From positions 4,000,001 to 4,064,000 of the forward strand of contig OZ223236.1 of NCBI GenBank assembly GCA_965140445.1: a stretch of 64,000 bases of DNA, in the 5' to 3' direction. Both the position numbers and the translations under genes were made by a program. This document shows, piece by piece, positions 8,278 to 18,362 of the stretch (position 1 is its first letter; every line of letters begins with the position of its first letter). Below the pieces are notes generated by a model. That model worked only from the letters and a program-made list of their open reading frames with translations, was not told where the DNA came from and searched no databases. This stretch comes from Candidatus Ozemobacteraceae bacterium. Its GTDB lineage: Bacteria; Muiribacteriota; Ozemobacteria; Ozemobacterales; Ozemobacteraceae.

Positions 8278-9405
8278 TTAAAATTTTTCCAAAATTTGCT
8301 CATAAACTTTACAAGTTTTTTCGGCACATAAATCCCAGGAAAACTTTTTAGACCAGTCTAACCCCATTTCTCTATATTTCTTCCAGACTTGCCTATCTGA
8401 AAAAAGACTTCGAATCTGTTCACAAAACCCCATTACATCTAACGGATCTGCAATGATAGCACAATCCCCAACCACCTCTGGCAGAGATCCTGCATTTGAA
8501 ACAGCAACAGGAGTACCACAAGCCATCGCCTCAATAGGTGGCATTCCAAAACCCTCATAAAGAGAAGGAAACAATAACAAATCAACGGATCCATACAAAG
8601 AAGCCAACTCATCTGCAGATAAAAATCCAGTAGAAAAAACTCTATCATTTACAGAATAAGCATCGACTAGCGCTTTCCATGCGGGGCTTTCTCCCCCAAC
8701 ACGAACAAGATAAACCGGTTTCCCAGCTACTTTTTGCAGTTCTTTTAAAATTTTAATGGAGGTTTCGTGATTTTTATAATCAATTGCTCCAGTTATTAAG
8801 ATTACAAAGCCATTCTTTTCTGGAAATGGAAATTTTTTCCTACATTCATTTCTATTTTCCTTAGACTGAGGACAAAACAATTTAGACACACCATTGTGTA
8901 TAACATGAATTTTTTTGCTTCTACAGTTTAATAGTTTTTCAATATCTTTTTTGGAATTATTGCTCACAGTAATAATTCCGGCTGCTTTGCGCAAAAAAGA
9001 AAGCGAAAATTCCACAAAAGCCGGTCTAAAACTTGCCTTCATGCCATTTATTAACCCCCTATGTGCGAGAATCGGAATTAAATCATGAACAGTTACAACG
9101 CATTTTGAAGGATCTAAAATAGGCAACAAGTGTGTATATCCATGATCTAGTATATGAAAAACATCCGCATCCAATTTCCTAGCCTGCATGGGGTAAGTAA
9201 AAAACCTCGAAAATCTCATTTTTATTCCCCAAAAATCGGGAATAACCTGCAACCATTGAGAAATTTGAGGAGTAAAAGATCGAGCAAAAAAATTCTTTTT
9301 CTGATTATTTATTCCAGACTTTAAACTCTCAGAGTAGTAGTCCATACTTACCCTACAATCTTCCTTAAAACAATTCATCAATAAAATTTTCTGCAAGCGC
9401 GCCAC
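8278..9405 (-). CDS. Glycosyltransferase family 4
   Basis: TVHDL, PSLYEGFGMPPIEAMACG. Confidence 0.9.
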   Translation of the reverse strand: MARLQKILLMNCFKEDCRVSMDYYSESLKSGINNQKKNFFARSFTPQISQWLQVIPDFWGIKMRFSRFFTYPMQARKLDADVFHILDHGYTHLLPILDPSKCVVTVHDLIPILAHRGLINGMKASFRPAFVEFSLSFLRKAAGIITVSNNSKKDIEKLLNCRSKKIHVIHNGVSKLFCPQSKENRNECRKKFPFPEKNGFVILITGAIDYKNHETSIKILKELQKVAGKPVYLVRVGGESPAWKALVDAYSVNDRVFSTGFLSADELASLYGSVDLLLFPSLYEGFGMPPIEAMACGTPVAVSNAGSLPEVVGDCAIIADPLDVMGFCEQIRSLFSDRQVWKKYREMGLDWSKKFSWDLCAEKTCKVYEQILEKF

Positions 9406-9637
9406 CTCAAAATAGTTAAAACAAACTTGAACTTAGTAAACTCACCTAAGCAAAACAAAAATTGCCAGTCTACAGTATTTATTCTACTATAGTTTGGTAA
9501 TATAAAGGAAAACTAAACTCCTTCAAAATGATTTCGAGTAAAAAATCTGCTTTTATTTCCGTTTAGAAATCTTTTTATTGAAAATAAAAAACAATCTGGG
9601 CCATAATCTAACAAAAAAACTTAACCAAAGGCTTTTT

Positions 9638-10822
9638 ATGGAAACGAAAATACGACTTGGCTATTTGGTAACCCATCCAATTCAATACCAGGCACCAATG
9701 CTAAGACAGCTATCTAAAGTGCCCTGGATAGATTTGGAAGTTGCTTTTTGCTCGCCACTATCTATGAATGGCTACTTTGACAAAGAATTTAATCGAATTA
9801 TAAGATGGGACGTGCCATTAACAAGTGGATACCGAAGTTCATTTTTAAAAAGTTTTGGAACAAACAAAATCGTAAATTTCTGGCGACCATTTAATTTTGG
9901 TTTGCTAAAATTTTTAAAAGAAAAAAAAATTCAAATCTTATTGATTCATGGATACAACAGATTTTTTCACTGGTGGGCAATTTTGCTTTGCAAACTTCTT
10001 AGAATAAGGGTAATGATCAGAGATGAGGCCTGGGAAAAGAGTAGAAAACGAGATTTAAAAAACAAGATATTAAATAGAATTCGTTTTTATATTTTGAATG
10101 AGTTTGTAGATCAATTTTTAGCGATCGGGACCAACAACCTCGAGTATTATAAAAAAATGGGAATTCCATCAAGAAAAATTGATATTGCTCCTTATGCCGT
10201 AGACAATTCTTTTTTTAAAAAAAATGTCTCAGAATCAAAAACTAATGAAATAAAAAAAATGCTAAAAATTCCCAGTGATGCTCCAGTAATTTTATATGCA
10301 AGCAAATTAATGGCTAGAAAAAATGCTAATTTATTGCTGGATTCATTCAAATTATTTGTTCAAGAAACAAATAGCAAAGCTCACCTTATATTTGTTGGAG
10401 ACGGCGAACTATTTGACCAATTAAAAAAATTTTCAGAAGAAAACGTACTATCCCAAACAGTTCATATGGTTGGTTTTAAAAACCAAAGAGAGCTCAAACT
10501 TTATTACGATCTTTGTGATGTATTTATATTACCCTCCTCCAATGAAGCATGGGGACTGGTAATCAACGAGGCTATGGCACATGGCAAAGCCGTAATTGCT
10601 AGTGAAGAGGTCGGTTGCGCAAAAGATCTAATCGAAAATGGAAATAATGGATATATTTTTAAGTTAGACGAAAAAAACAGCTTATTTTTCTCAATAAAGG
10701 CCATCCTAAAATCTAAAGATATTGCTCAATCAATGGGAAAAAATAGCCTTAGAAAGATTACTCCTTGGAATATTTCTAAAACGGTAGAGGGAATCCTTAG
10801 AGGAATAAAGAAGTGTCTATGA
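9638..10822 (+). CDS. Glycosyltransferase family 4
   Basis: THPIQY, PSSNEAWGLVINEAM; start set at ATG 9638. Confidence 0.9.
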   Translation: METKIRLGYLVTHPIQYQAPMLRQLSKVPWIDLEVAFCSPLSMNGYFDKEFNRIIRWDVPLTSGYRSSFLKSFGTNKIVNFWRPFNFGLLKFLKEKKIQILLIHGYNRFFHWWAILLCKLLRIRVMIRDEAWEKSRKRDLKNKILNRIRFYILNEFVDQFLAIGTNNLEYYKKMGIPSRKIDIAPYAVDNSFFKKNVSESKTNEIKKMLKIPSDAPVILYASKLMARKNANLLLDSFKLFVQETNSKAHLIFVGDGELFDQLKKFSEENVLSQTVHMVGFKNQRELKLYYDLCDVFILPSSNEAWGLVINEAMAHGKAVIASEEVGCAKDLIENGNNGYIFKLDEKNSLFFSIKAILKSKDIAQSMGKNSLRKITPWNISKTVEGILRGIKKCL

Positions 10823-12069
10823 AAAAAAGAATTTCTTTCCCAAAAATTTTGGTCCAAGAGGATTTATTTTTCAGTAACCGCCTGCCTCCTGGTTTGAAAT
10901 TTGAGAAAAAATCCATTTTTAAAAATCTATTAAAATCTGTTTTCAACTTTTATCCAAGACGAAGAGCTCCGAAAATACACTCTAAAATAAAAAATATTGC
11001 AATCTTTAGATTTGGTGGAATTGGAGATTTAATTGCACTTACTGGTTTTATAAAAACATTGCGAAAAGCATATTCACCAGAAAATATTATTCTGGTTACT
11101 TCTGACTTGGGCTTTGAAATTCTAAAAAATCACCCTGAAATAGACCAAATTGTTTGCCATTCTAGAATCCAGTTTTCATTTTGTTGGAAAAAATTGATTT
11201 CTGACGTTTATTTTTTGCAAAAACTTGGAAAACGAAAAATCGACATTGCTTTCTTCACTCACAACGATCACAGAAGCCTATTTATGGGACATTTCTTGAA
11301 ATCGCGATATAAAATAGGGCACAACAATAACAATAATGGCTATAGGCTATCTTTAACTCATTTCGCTAGTATGTTTTCTAAAACTTCTAAGAACGCTAAA
11401 TACGATTTTAGCGACGGTCCCAAAATGTTTTTTGAGCTTCTGGAAGCCTTTGAAAGTAGAAAATTTCCGAATTCCTGGCCAAGTTTAATTTTGCAGGAAT
11501 CTGAAATAAGCTGGGCAAAAAAAGAGTTAAAAAATCTTGGCTTTACAAAAAACATGGTAGCATTTCTTCCTGGCGGAACTGAACCTAACAAGCTTTGGCC
11601 AAGCAAATATTGGATTAATTTGGCTAAAGAGTTTTTTCAAGACTCGAAATACCAGATTGTATTATTAACAGGGGCAGAACAAAATTACCTGAAAAATGAG
11701 TTTAAAAGCAGCAGTTTAAACTTAAATACCATTCTAATATCTGCAGGCGATTATAACCTTCGTGAGTCCCTGGCTTTACTATCTCTTTGCAAAGTTGCAA
11801 TTGGTAACGACACGGGATTCATGCACGCTGCCGTAGCTCTAGGATTAAAAACCATAGGTCTTTTTGGCCCTACTTCTTTTTTTTATTATGGATATATTTC
11901 CTTCAAAAATTGTATCTTGCAAGGAGCTTGTAAATATTCGCCGTGCGGATTAGGAATCTGCCCTCTGTTAAGTACAAGAGATATCCCCTCACCGTGCATG
12001 AAATCGATATCCGTTCCCAAAGTTTATGAAAAATTTGTTACTCTAACAAACCTTACTGATGAATTTTAA
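10819..12069 (+). CDS. Glycosyltransferase family 9 (heptosyltransferase-like)
   Basis: GGIGDL, KLWP, GNDTGFMHAAVALG, GLFGPT; ATGA overlap with the upstream gene. Confidence 0.88.
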   Translation: MKKRISFPKILVQEDLFFSNRLPPGLKFEKKSIFKNLLKSVFNFYPRRRAPKIHSKIKNIAIFRFGGIGDLIALTGFIKTLRKAYSPENIILVTSDLGFEILKNHPEIDQIVCHSRIQFSFCWKKLISDVYFLQKLGKRKIDIAFFTHNDHRSLFMGHFLKSRYKIGHNNNNNGYRLSLTHFASMFSKTSKNAKYDFSDGPKMFFELLEAFESRKFPNSWPSLILQESEISWAKKELKNLGFTKNMVAFLPGGTEPNKLWPSKYWINLAKEFFQDSKYQIVLLTGAEQNYLKNEFKSSSLNLNTILISAGDYNLRESLALLSLCKVAIGNDTGFMHAAVALGLKTIGLFGPTSFFYYGYISFKNCILQGACKYSPCGLGICPLLSTRDIPSPCMKSISVPKVYEKFVTLTNLTDEF

Positions 12070-13354
12070 GTTTATAAATTTTTCATGGATAAAACGGCAA
12101 CTTACTGAGCTAACCCCATTATGGATAAGCTCGTTTTTAAAGGCTGTATTTAATCTCATTTTTTCAATTTTGATCATAAATAACTCTACCCCTAATGTTT
12201 ATGCAAGCTATCTAATTGGCCTTGGGTTTTATTCTTTAGCCGGACAATTAGCTGACTCTGGAGTTAGTAGTTGTGCAGCAATGTTAGTAACGACACAGAA
12301 AAATTCTAAACAGCGATTTGATTTGTATAGAAAAATTGCCTTTACTACCTTGAAAAAAACCTCAATAGCTTGCCTAATATTTCTTTTGCCACTAGTTGTA
12401 GGATATATTGCAAAAAAAAGCCTTGAAAGTAACGATATCATTTGTATCCTACTCTTTTTTCTTCTTGGCTTCATAAGTAATATTGCCACAACCAACAGCT
12501 GCTTCATATATTCAACAGGAAGATTCAGAATCTTTGCCAAAGCAACCACAATGCCATCGTTTCTAAGATTAGTCTCAACAGGTTTTATTCTTTTAAAGAC
12601 AGGTTTTCTGTCATTCAATAGCTTAATGTTTCTTCATGTAATCTTTACCTTGTTTGAATACATTTTTGCAAAAAATTATCTAAAGACAGTTTTAAAAGAC
12701 ATGGATATTGGTATCTTCAAGGAAAAGGCTGATGAAATTAAGCTTAAATTATATGAAATGCTCAAGCCTTCAATTCTTTGTAGGTATTTTGACTCGCTCG
12801 CTTACAACTCCACCTTGATTGGATCTTCCGTTTTTGCAGGGAATGTATCGATAGCTTCTTTTGGAGTCTTCCAAAAGTTACTGCAAATATTTTCCCTTGT
12901 AATCTCACCCATAATTGACTTTGGAACACGAAAACTTCGATTAAAAAATGAAAATAAAACAAGAAATGAGTTTGTAATTCTATCTGGCGCTAACGCCAGT
13001 TACTTAGTGTTTTTTTCATCAATGTTTTGTGTTTATTACTTTTGTGGTAAGTTTTTTTCACACTATAGCTTAAACAACAATCTTGCATTTGCAATCTTCC
13101 TTTTTGCAAATTACATTGGCTTTCTTACTAAAATCATTGATTCATTCCTATTTGCAAGAACTCAGACTCAACATAGAGTCGCTGGTTCTCTTTTAAAGCT
13201 TATCACAACGAGTCTAGTAATTTTGTTTTTAAAACCCGAATCTGTTTATCAAGTTAGCCTTGTAAGCCTCTTATCTTTGATACCGCCTTTGATTGTTTAC
13301 CTAGTTACCTGGTTGCAATTACTTTATAAACAAAAGAAAATTTCCTTAACATAA
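12059..13354 (+). CDS. Polytopic membrane protein, Wzx-like flippase
   Basis: About 430 aa with many TM segments, LADSGV motif near the N-terminus, inside a GT operon. Confidence 0.6.
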   Translation: MNFKFINFSWIKRQLTELTPLWISSFLKAVFNLIFSILIINNSTPNVYASYLIGLGFYSLAGQLADSGVSSCAAMLVTTQKNSKQRFDLYRKIAFTTLKKTSIACLIFLLPLVVGYIAKKSLESNDIICILLFFLLGFISNIATTNSCFIYSTGRFRIFAKATTMPSFLRLVSTGFILLKTGFLSFNSLMFLHVIFTLFEYIFAKNYLKTVLKDMDIGIFKEKADEIKLKLYEMLKPSILCRYFDSLAYNSTLIGSSVFAGNVSIASFGVFQKLLQIFSLVISPIIDFGTRKLRLKNENKTRNEFVILSGANASYLVFFSSMFCVYYFCGKFFSHYSLNNNLAFAIFLFANYIGFLTKIIDSFLFARTQTQHRVAGSLLKLITTSLVILFLKPESVYQVSLVSLLSLIPPLIVYLVTWLQLLYKQKKISLT

Positions 13355-13374
13355 AATAGTGCTATAATTACATA

Positions 13375-14667
13375 ATGTTTCCTTTAAAAAAATTATCAAC
13401 CAATTCTGTTATTGTAATCCATCCAGGCACTCAGCATTCGCATCAGGTAGCCAATGGCTTATTGAAAGCTGGATTGCTAAAAAAGTTCATCACGGGAATT
13501 TTTTTTTCAGAAAATAGTCGTTTGGCAAGTTTTATAGAAGCACTCCCTGCTTTTTTTTTCTCAAAGATTAAAAGTCTCGTTCGACAAAGGAAAAAGGCGA
13601 AGATCCCTCAAGAAAAGCTGAAAAACATTATTCTGCCCGAATTGGTTTTCATAATAGCCTCAAGAATTAGATTAAATCAGACTCTACTTCGAAAAGTAAT
13701 CTATTGGCGCAACAGAGTATTTGCAAAAATGGCTTTGCCACTTGTAAAAAAAACTTCACCATCAGCTCTTATTTGTTTTGAAAGCTCTGCATTAGAGATT
13801 TTTTCTAACTGTCCAAAAAATTGCTTAAAAGTCTTGGATCATCCTAGCAGTAGCCTGAATATTGGATTAAATCTACTGAATGAAGAGGCAGATTTAAATC
13901 CAGAGTTTGCTGACTCCGTTAGAATTGATGCCCCGCCATGGTATTTAAAACAACTTGATTTGGAAGCAAAAATAGCAGACTTAATTTTAGCAGGTTCCGA
14001 GTATGTTAAAAATACACTTGTAAAATCTGGAATTAATGAAGAAAAAATCAGCGTTCTACCTTACGGCGTTGATATAACCAAATTTACGCCTGACCGAGGG
14101 AAAAAAGTAAGAAAAGAAAGGGAAAAGTTTACAATATTATTTGTTGGAAATATTTCCCAAAGAAAAGGAATCAAATACTTACTTGAGGCTTTTGTAGCAC
14201 TAGAGGCTCCTGACATACACTTAACCTTAATTGGAAATATAACAGGAAGCCAAAAACCTTTAGAAAAATATCTTAATTGCCAAAACATTGAGCACTTATC
14301 TTTTTTGCCTTATCATAAGTTACCAGAAGAATATAGAAAAGCCGACATTTTTGTTTTTCCAGCTCTTCATGAAGGATCTGCATTAGTAACTTACGAAGCA
14401 TTGGCTTCAGGACTGCCTGTTGTAACAACTTTTAATTCTGGGAGCATTGTTGAAGATGGAAAGAACGGCTTTATAGTTCCAATTCGTTCAATTGAAAAGC
14501 TTCAAGAAAAAATCATGTTTTTTTATCAGCATCCTCAAAAAGTGGTAGAATTTGGCAAGGAAGCAAGAAGAAGAGCTGAAATGTTTACATGGAAGAACTA
14601 CTATTCAAAATTGTTCCGTGAACTTGAAGTTTCTTACCAAAATAAAACAAGAGGTAGCAAAAGATGA
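13375..14667 (+). CDS. Glycosyltransferase family 4
   Basis: HPGTQH, PYGVD, RKG, EGSALVTYEALASG. Confidence 0.9.
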   Translation: MFPLKKLSTNSVIVIHPGTQHSHQVANGLLKAGLLKKFITGIFFSENSRLASFIEALPAFFFSKIKSLVRQRKKAKIPQEKLKNIILPELVFIIASRIRLNQTLLRKVIYWRNRVFAKMALPLVKKTSPSALICFESSALEIFSNCPKNCLKVLDHPSSSLNIGLNLLNEEADLNPEFADSVRIDAPPWYLKQLDLEAKIADLILAGSEYVKNTLVKSGINEEKISVLPYGVDITKFTPDRGKKVRKEREKFTILFVGNISQRKGIKYLLEAFVALEAPDIHLTLIGNITGSQKPLEKYLNCQNIEHLSFLPYHKLPEEYRKADIFVFPALHEGSALVTYEALASGLPVVTTFNSGSIVEDGKNGFIVPIRSIEKLQEKIMFFYQHPQKVVEFGKEARRRAEMFTWKNYYSKLFRELEVSYQNKTRGSKR

Positions 14668-15329
14668 CTTTCGCACTTAAAGAATTCACAGGAATTCCCT
14701 TGCATTCAGACATTGAGAAATATATTGCAGAACTAAACATTCCAAAATCATCTAAGATTCTCGACATTGGTTGTGGATCAGGAGCTTGGTTAGATAGACT
14801 AAGCAAACTTGGCTTTTCGAATTTAACTGGGATAGACCGTGAAAAAGAAAAGTTTCAGGCAAAAAATGTTAATTTTTTTAATTTTGACATAAACTCTTCT
14901 AACAGAGAGCTAATCTCTGAAAAATTTGATTTAATAACTTCAATTGAAGTTTTAGAACACATTGCAAATCCATTTGGCTTTTTCGAGCTTATTAGCAAAT
15001 CACTTTCAGATTCAGGAGTTTGCATTTTGTCCACTCCAAACATCCACTCCCTCTTATGTAGAATGCGATTTTTTTTTACGGGCCAGCTTAAAGGATTTGA
15101 CTCCAAACACGAACCAACTCATTTATTTCCAGTACATATTGATTCCATAAAAAAGATTTTAACCGCCCAAGGTTTATTTATTAGGGAGATTCGTCCCCTA
15201 CCTGAGAAAAAACTTAGCCTAACCTCAAAACCTCTTACAATTTTGCTTGCTAAATTTTTCAGACTGTTTTTAAGTGATCCCCTCCCTGGAGACTTTCTTT
15301 TAATTGAAATTCGAAGGTCGCCAAAATGA
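14664..15329 (+). CDS. Class I SAM-dependent methyltransferase
   Basis: ILDIGCGSG, EVLEH, STPN. Confidence 0.9.
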   Translation: MTFALKEFTGIPLHSDIEKYIAELNIPKSSKILDIGCGSGAWLDRLSKLGFSNLTGIDREKEKFQAKNVNFFNFDINSSNRELISEKFDLITSIEVLEHIANPFGFFELISKSLSDSGVCILSTPNIHSLLCRMRFFFTGQLKGFDSKHEPTHLFPVHIDSIKKILTAQGLFIREIRPLPEKKLSLTSKPLTILLAKFFRLFLSDPLPGDFLLIEIRRSPK

Positions 15330-16348
15330 AAATTTTAATGGATGCAAATTTTTTCTATCCCATAGTTGGTGGAACAACTATAATGTCAGACTTACTGGCA
15401 AGGGAATTTTTAAAATTTGGGCATTCGGTGACCCTGACAACTTCCACACAAACCAATTCGTTATTGGATGACTCCATTTTTCCTTACAAAGTTGTAAGAC
15501 AGCCATCACCTATTAAATTTTTTAAATTAGTAAAAAAAGCAGACGTATTTTATCAGAGGCCTTTCAGTCTAAAATCGATTTGGGCTCCACTCATCCTCTC
15601 AAAAAAGGCAAGTTGTTCATATGTCGGAATTATTCCGCGAACGGGTATAATTAATCAGCTTAAGCATCTTTTGCTACCAAAAATTTCAGTGATTTCGGTT
15701 AGTTCCGCGGTTGCACAAGATCTTTCTTTCCCATCAGCGATAATCCCGAATAGCTACCGCACAGACATTTTTTTTAATTCCAATCCGTATAACTTAAGAA
15801 AAAAAGAGTTGATTTTTGTAGGGCGTCTTGTGAGCGAGAAAGGCGCAGACATTTTATTGTCTGCAATTAGAATATTAAAAGAAAAAAAAAGTATAGTTAA
15901 CCTTACTATAGTAGGTGATGGACCAGAAATAAATAACCTAAAAACTCAAGCCAGCCATGAAAACATTGAAAATCAAGTAACCTTCCTCGGAAAATTAACA
16001 GGTAAGGAATTAGCAAAAGAACTCAACAAGCATATCGTCCAAGTAATACCATCAAACTATGTTGAAGCTTTTGGTATCGTCGCACTCGAGGGGATAGCAT
16101 GCGGTTGCGCCATAATCGCATCGAATACTGGAGGATTAATGGGCGCGGCAGGGGACTGCGCAGTCTATTTTAAAATGGGAGATTCCTTTGATCTTGCTGA
16201 AAAAATTGGACAATTAGTGTTCCAGAGAAGTAATATAGATCCGTTAAGGAAAAATTTCTCAAGTCATCTTGATAAGCATAAACCACAAAAAATAGCCCAA
16301 AGATATCTAGAGGTAATGGTAAATGGAATCTGTAGAGCACGTGAATAA
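15326..16348 (+). CDS. Glycosyltransferase family 4
   Basis: GRLVSEKG, EAFGIVALEGIACG. Confidence 0.9.
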   Translation: MKILMDANFFYPIVGGTTIMSDLLAREFLKFGHSVTLTTSTQTNSLLDDSIFPYKVVRQPSPIKFFKLVKKADVFYQRPFSLKSIWAPLILSKKASCSYVGIIPRTGIINQLKHLLLPKISVISVSSAVAQDLSFPSAIIPNSYRTDIFFNSNPYNLRKKELIFVGRLVSEKGADILLSAIRILKEKKSIVNLTIVGDGPEINNLKTQASHENIENQVTFLGKLTGKELAKELNKHIVQVIPSNYVEAFGIVALEGIACGCAIIASNTGGLMGAAGDCAVYFKMGDSFDLAEKIGQLVFQRSNIDPLRKNFSSHLDKHKPQKIAQRYLEVMVNGICRARE

Positions 16349-17678
16349 AGTTAATGAGGTCAAAAGGGTAAAGTTAGTAAATCTAATTTTCCTTTTTTAC
16401 TGGGCTATTATTTTTGAAGGAGCAATTCGGAAATGGGTTTTTCCAGAGTTTGCAAATTATCTTTATTTTATGCGCGATCCTGTTGTTTTCTTAATATACG
16501 CATTTGCCCTTAGAAACAATCTTTTACCACGCATTTCAACTGCATATTTAGCTGGATTATTTTTAGCTATCTCCAGCACAATATTTACTTTTTTCCAGTA
16601 TTTTTCCTTGGACGTTCCTTGGTACATTCTAGGTGGTGGCTGGAGAAATCATTTTTTTCTAATTCCATTAGCTTTTATTATTGAGAAAAATTTCCAAAGA
16701 GATGACTTTGTTAGGCTTTTTAAGCAAACCTTAAAACTAACACCTTTTATCTTGGTTATTGCATATTTCCAATCAACATCCCCGAGAGATGCTTGGATTA
16801 ACTCTGGGTCAGGAACTGACGAGGGAATATTTTTTCTTCCCCATGGAGTTGCACAGGAAATTACTAGAACTCAAGGCTTATTCACTTCTAGTGTTGGACA
16901 CATGATATTTGTTGGAAGTCTGTTTTCTTCAATTTTCGTTGCTTACACATCTGGTATTTACAAGAAAGTTTTTTCAGGATATGAGTGGTGGATTTATTTT
17001 TTCTCCACCCTTGGAATTCTAGGACTTTGCGGGCAAAGAGGAACCTTCATCCTCATAATCATCATTTTCTTTGGTGCACTTTTTTCCGCCTTTTTTCTTC
17101 CAAAAGTTAGATTCAACTCGATATTTAAAATTGCTGGACTTATGGTCTTGTTTAGTTTAATTTTATTTCCAACTTTTTTTAAGGCACAAACCGATGCTTT
17201 ATTATTTAGAGTAAGGGGGGCTTCTGTAGGAAGTTCAAGACCAGATATCATCGGGTTTGATCTTGTAGAAAGAATTATTGGGGGTGCAACTTATTTTGTA
17301 GCACAACTACCCACGACCCCCTTAATGGGTTATGGCCTTGGTATTGGAAGTAATGCTGCAACTTTAATGAAAATTAGAACTGTTGAGTTGAGTATTGAGG
17401 ACGAGTGGTCCAGACACATTGCTGAAATGGGACCGATTTTTGGTTTCATCTTTATTTTATCAAGATTTGCTTTATGCATATACCTTGTTTTTTTATCATT
17501 TCGTCACTTGTTAAAAAAGCATGATCCAACGCCTTTTATAATTTTGCTTGGCATTTTTCCATTTGTCTTCCACAGCCAAATGACTGGACATGGTACGGGC
17601 AGTGGTTATTGCTGGTTCACGATAGGCTTAGTTCTTGCAAGCGTAAACTTTAGAATGGATGAAGATACAAAACAATGA
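16323..17678 (+). CDS. Polytopic membrane protein, Wzy polymerase/O-antigen ligase-like
   Basis: FEGAIRKW N-terminus, many TM segments, periplasmic loop with GYGLGIG...EDEWSRHIAEMG. Confidence 0.65.
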   Translation: MESVEHVNKVNEVKRVKLVNLIFLFYWAIIFEGAIRKWVFPEFANYLYFMRDPVVFLIYAFALRNNLLPRISTAYLAGLFLAISSTIFTFFQYFSLDVPWYILGGGWRNHFFLIPLAFIIEKNFQRDDFVRLFKQTLKLTPFILVIAYFQSTSPRDAWINSGSGTDEGIFFLPHGVAQEITRTQGLFTSSVGHMIFVGSLFSSIFVAYTSGIYKKVFSGYEWWIYFFSTLGILGLCGQRGTFILIIIIFFGALFSAFFLPKVRFNSIFKIAGLMVLFSLILFPTFFKAQTDALLFRVRGASVGSSRPDIIGFDLVERIIGGATYFVAQLPTTPLMGYGLGIGSNAATLMKIRTVELSIEDEWSRHIAEMGPIFGFIFILSRFALCIYLVFLSFRHLLKKHDPTPFIILLGIFPFVFHSQMTGHGTGSGYCWFTIGLVLASVNFRMDEDTKQ

Positions 17679-18361
17679 ATAGTTGCTTTTCAAGAGAAAA
17701 CCTTAAAAGAGCAATAGCCTCAAAAGGAATTAGTGATAAGAATTTAAAAAAGATTTTACTTTCTATAGTTGAAAAGAAAAAAATCCAAGGTGATTTGCTT
17801 GATTTTGGTGCTGGCACTGGTGAATTTTTACAATTAGTTATCTCCGGTAAAAAACATCTTATTAATTCATTTTCTGGTGTTGACATACAGCCTCGCCCAC
17901 AAAATTTGCCGAAAAATGTTGAATGGTTTTCAAGAGATTTAAATCTCCCAGCAATATTTGAGAAAAAAAAGTTTGACCTCATTACATGCATTGAGGTAAT
18001 TGAGCACTTGGAGAACCCACGTTTGGCATTTAGAAATTTTGCCAACAACTTAAAAACTGGTGGCAAACTAATTCTTACAACCCCAAATTGTGAATCAATT
18101 AGATCTTTTTTGTGCCTCATTTTTGGTGGCCATTTTGCCGCCCACCTTGGCAAATGTTATCCAGCACATATAACTGCTCTTCTTCGCTTGGATCTTATCC
18201 GATTGTGCTATGAAAATGGCTTTCGCAAGCCAACTTTTTTTTATTCAAACCTTGGTTCAATACCTAAATTCCCAAATAAAAAATGGCAGGATATTAGCAA
18301 AGCTTTTAGAGGCAGGTTTTTTAGTGATAACCTAATTTTGATTACGGAAAAGGTAAGTTAG
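17675..18361 (+). CDS. Class I SAM-dependent methyltransferase
   Basis: LDFGAGTG, EVIEHLENP, TTPN. Confidence 0.9.
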   Translation: MNSCFSRENLKRAIASKGISDKNLKKILLSIVEKKKIQGDLLDFGAGTGEFLQLVISGKKHLINSFSGVDIQPRPQNLPKNVEWFSRDLNLPAIFEKKKFDLITCIEVIEHLENPRLAFRNFANNLKTGGKLILTTPNCESIRSFLCLIFGGHFAAHLGKCYPAHITALLRLDLIRLCYENGFRKPTFFYSNLGSIPKFPNKKWQDISKAFRGRFFSDNLILITEKVS

Positions 18362-18362
18362 A

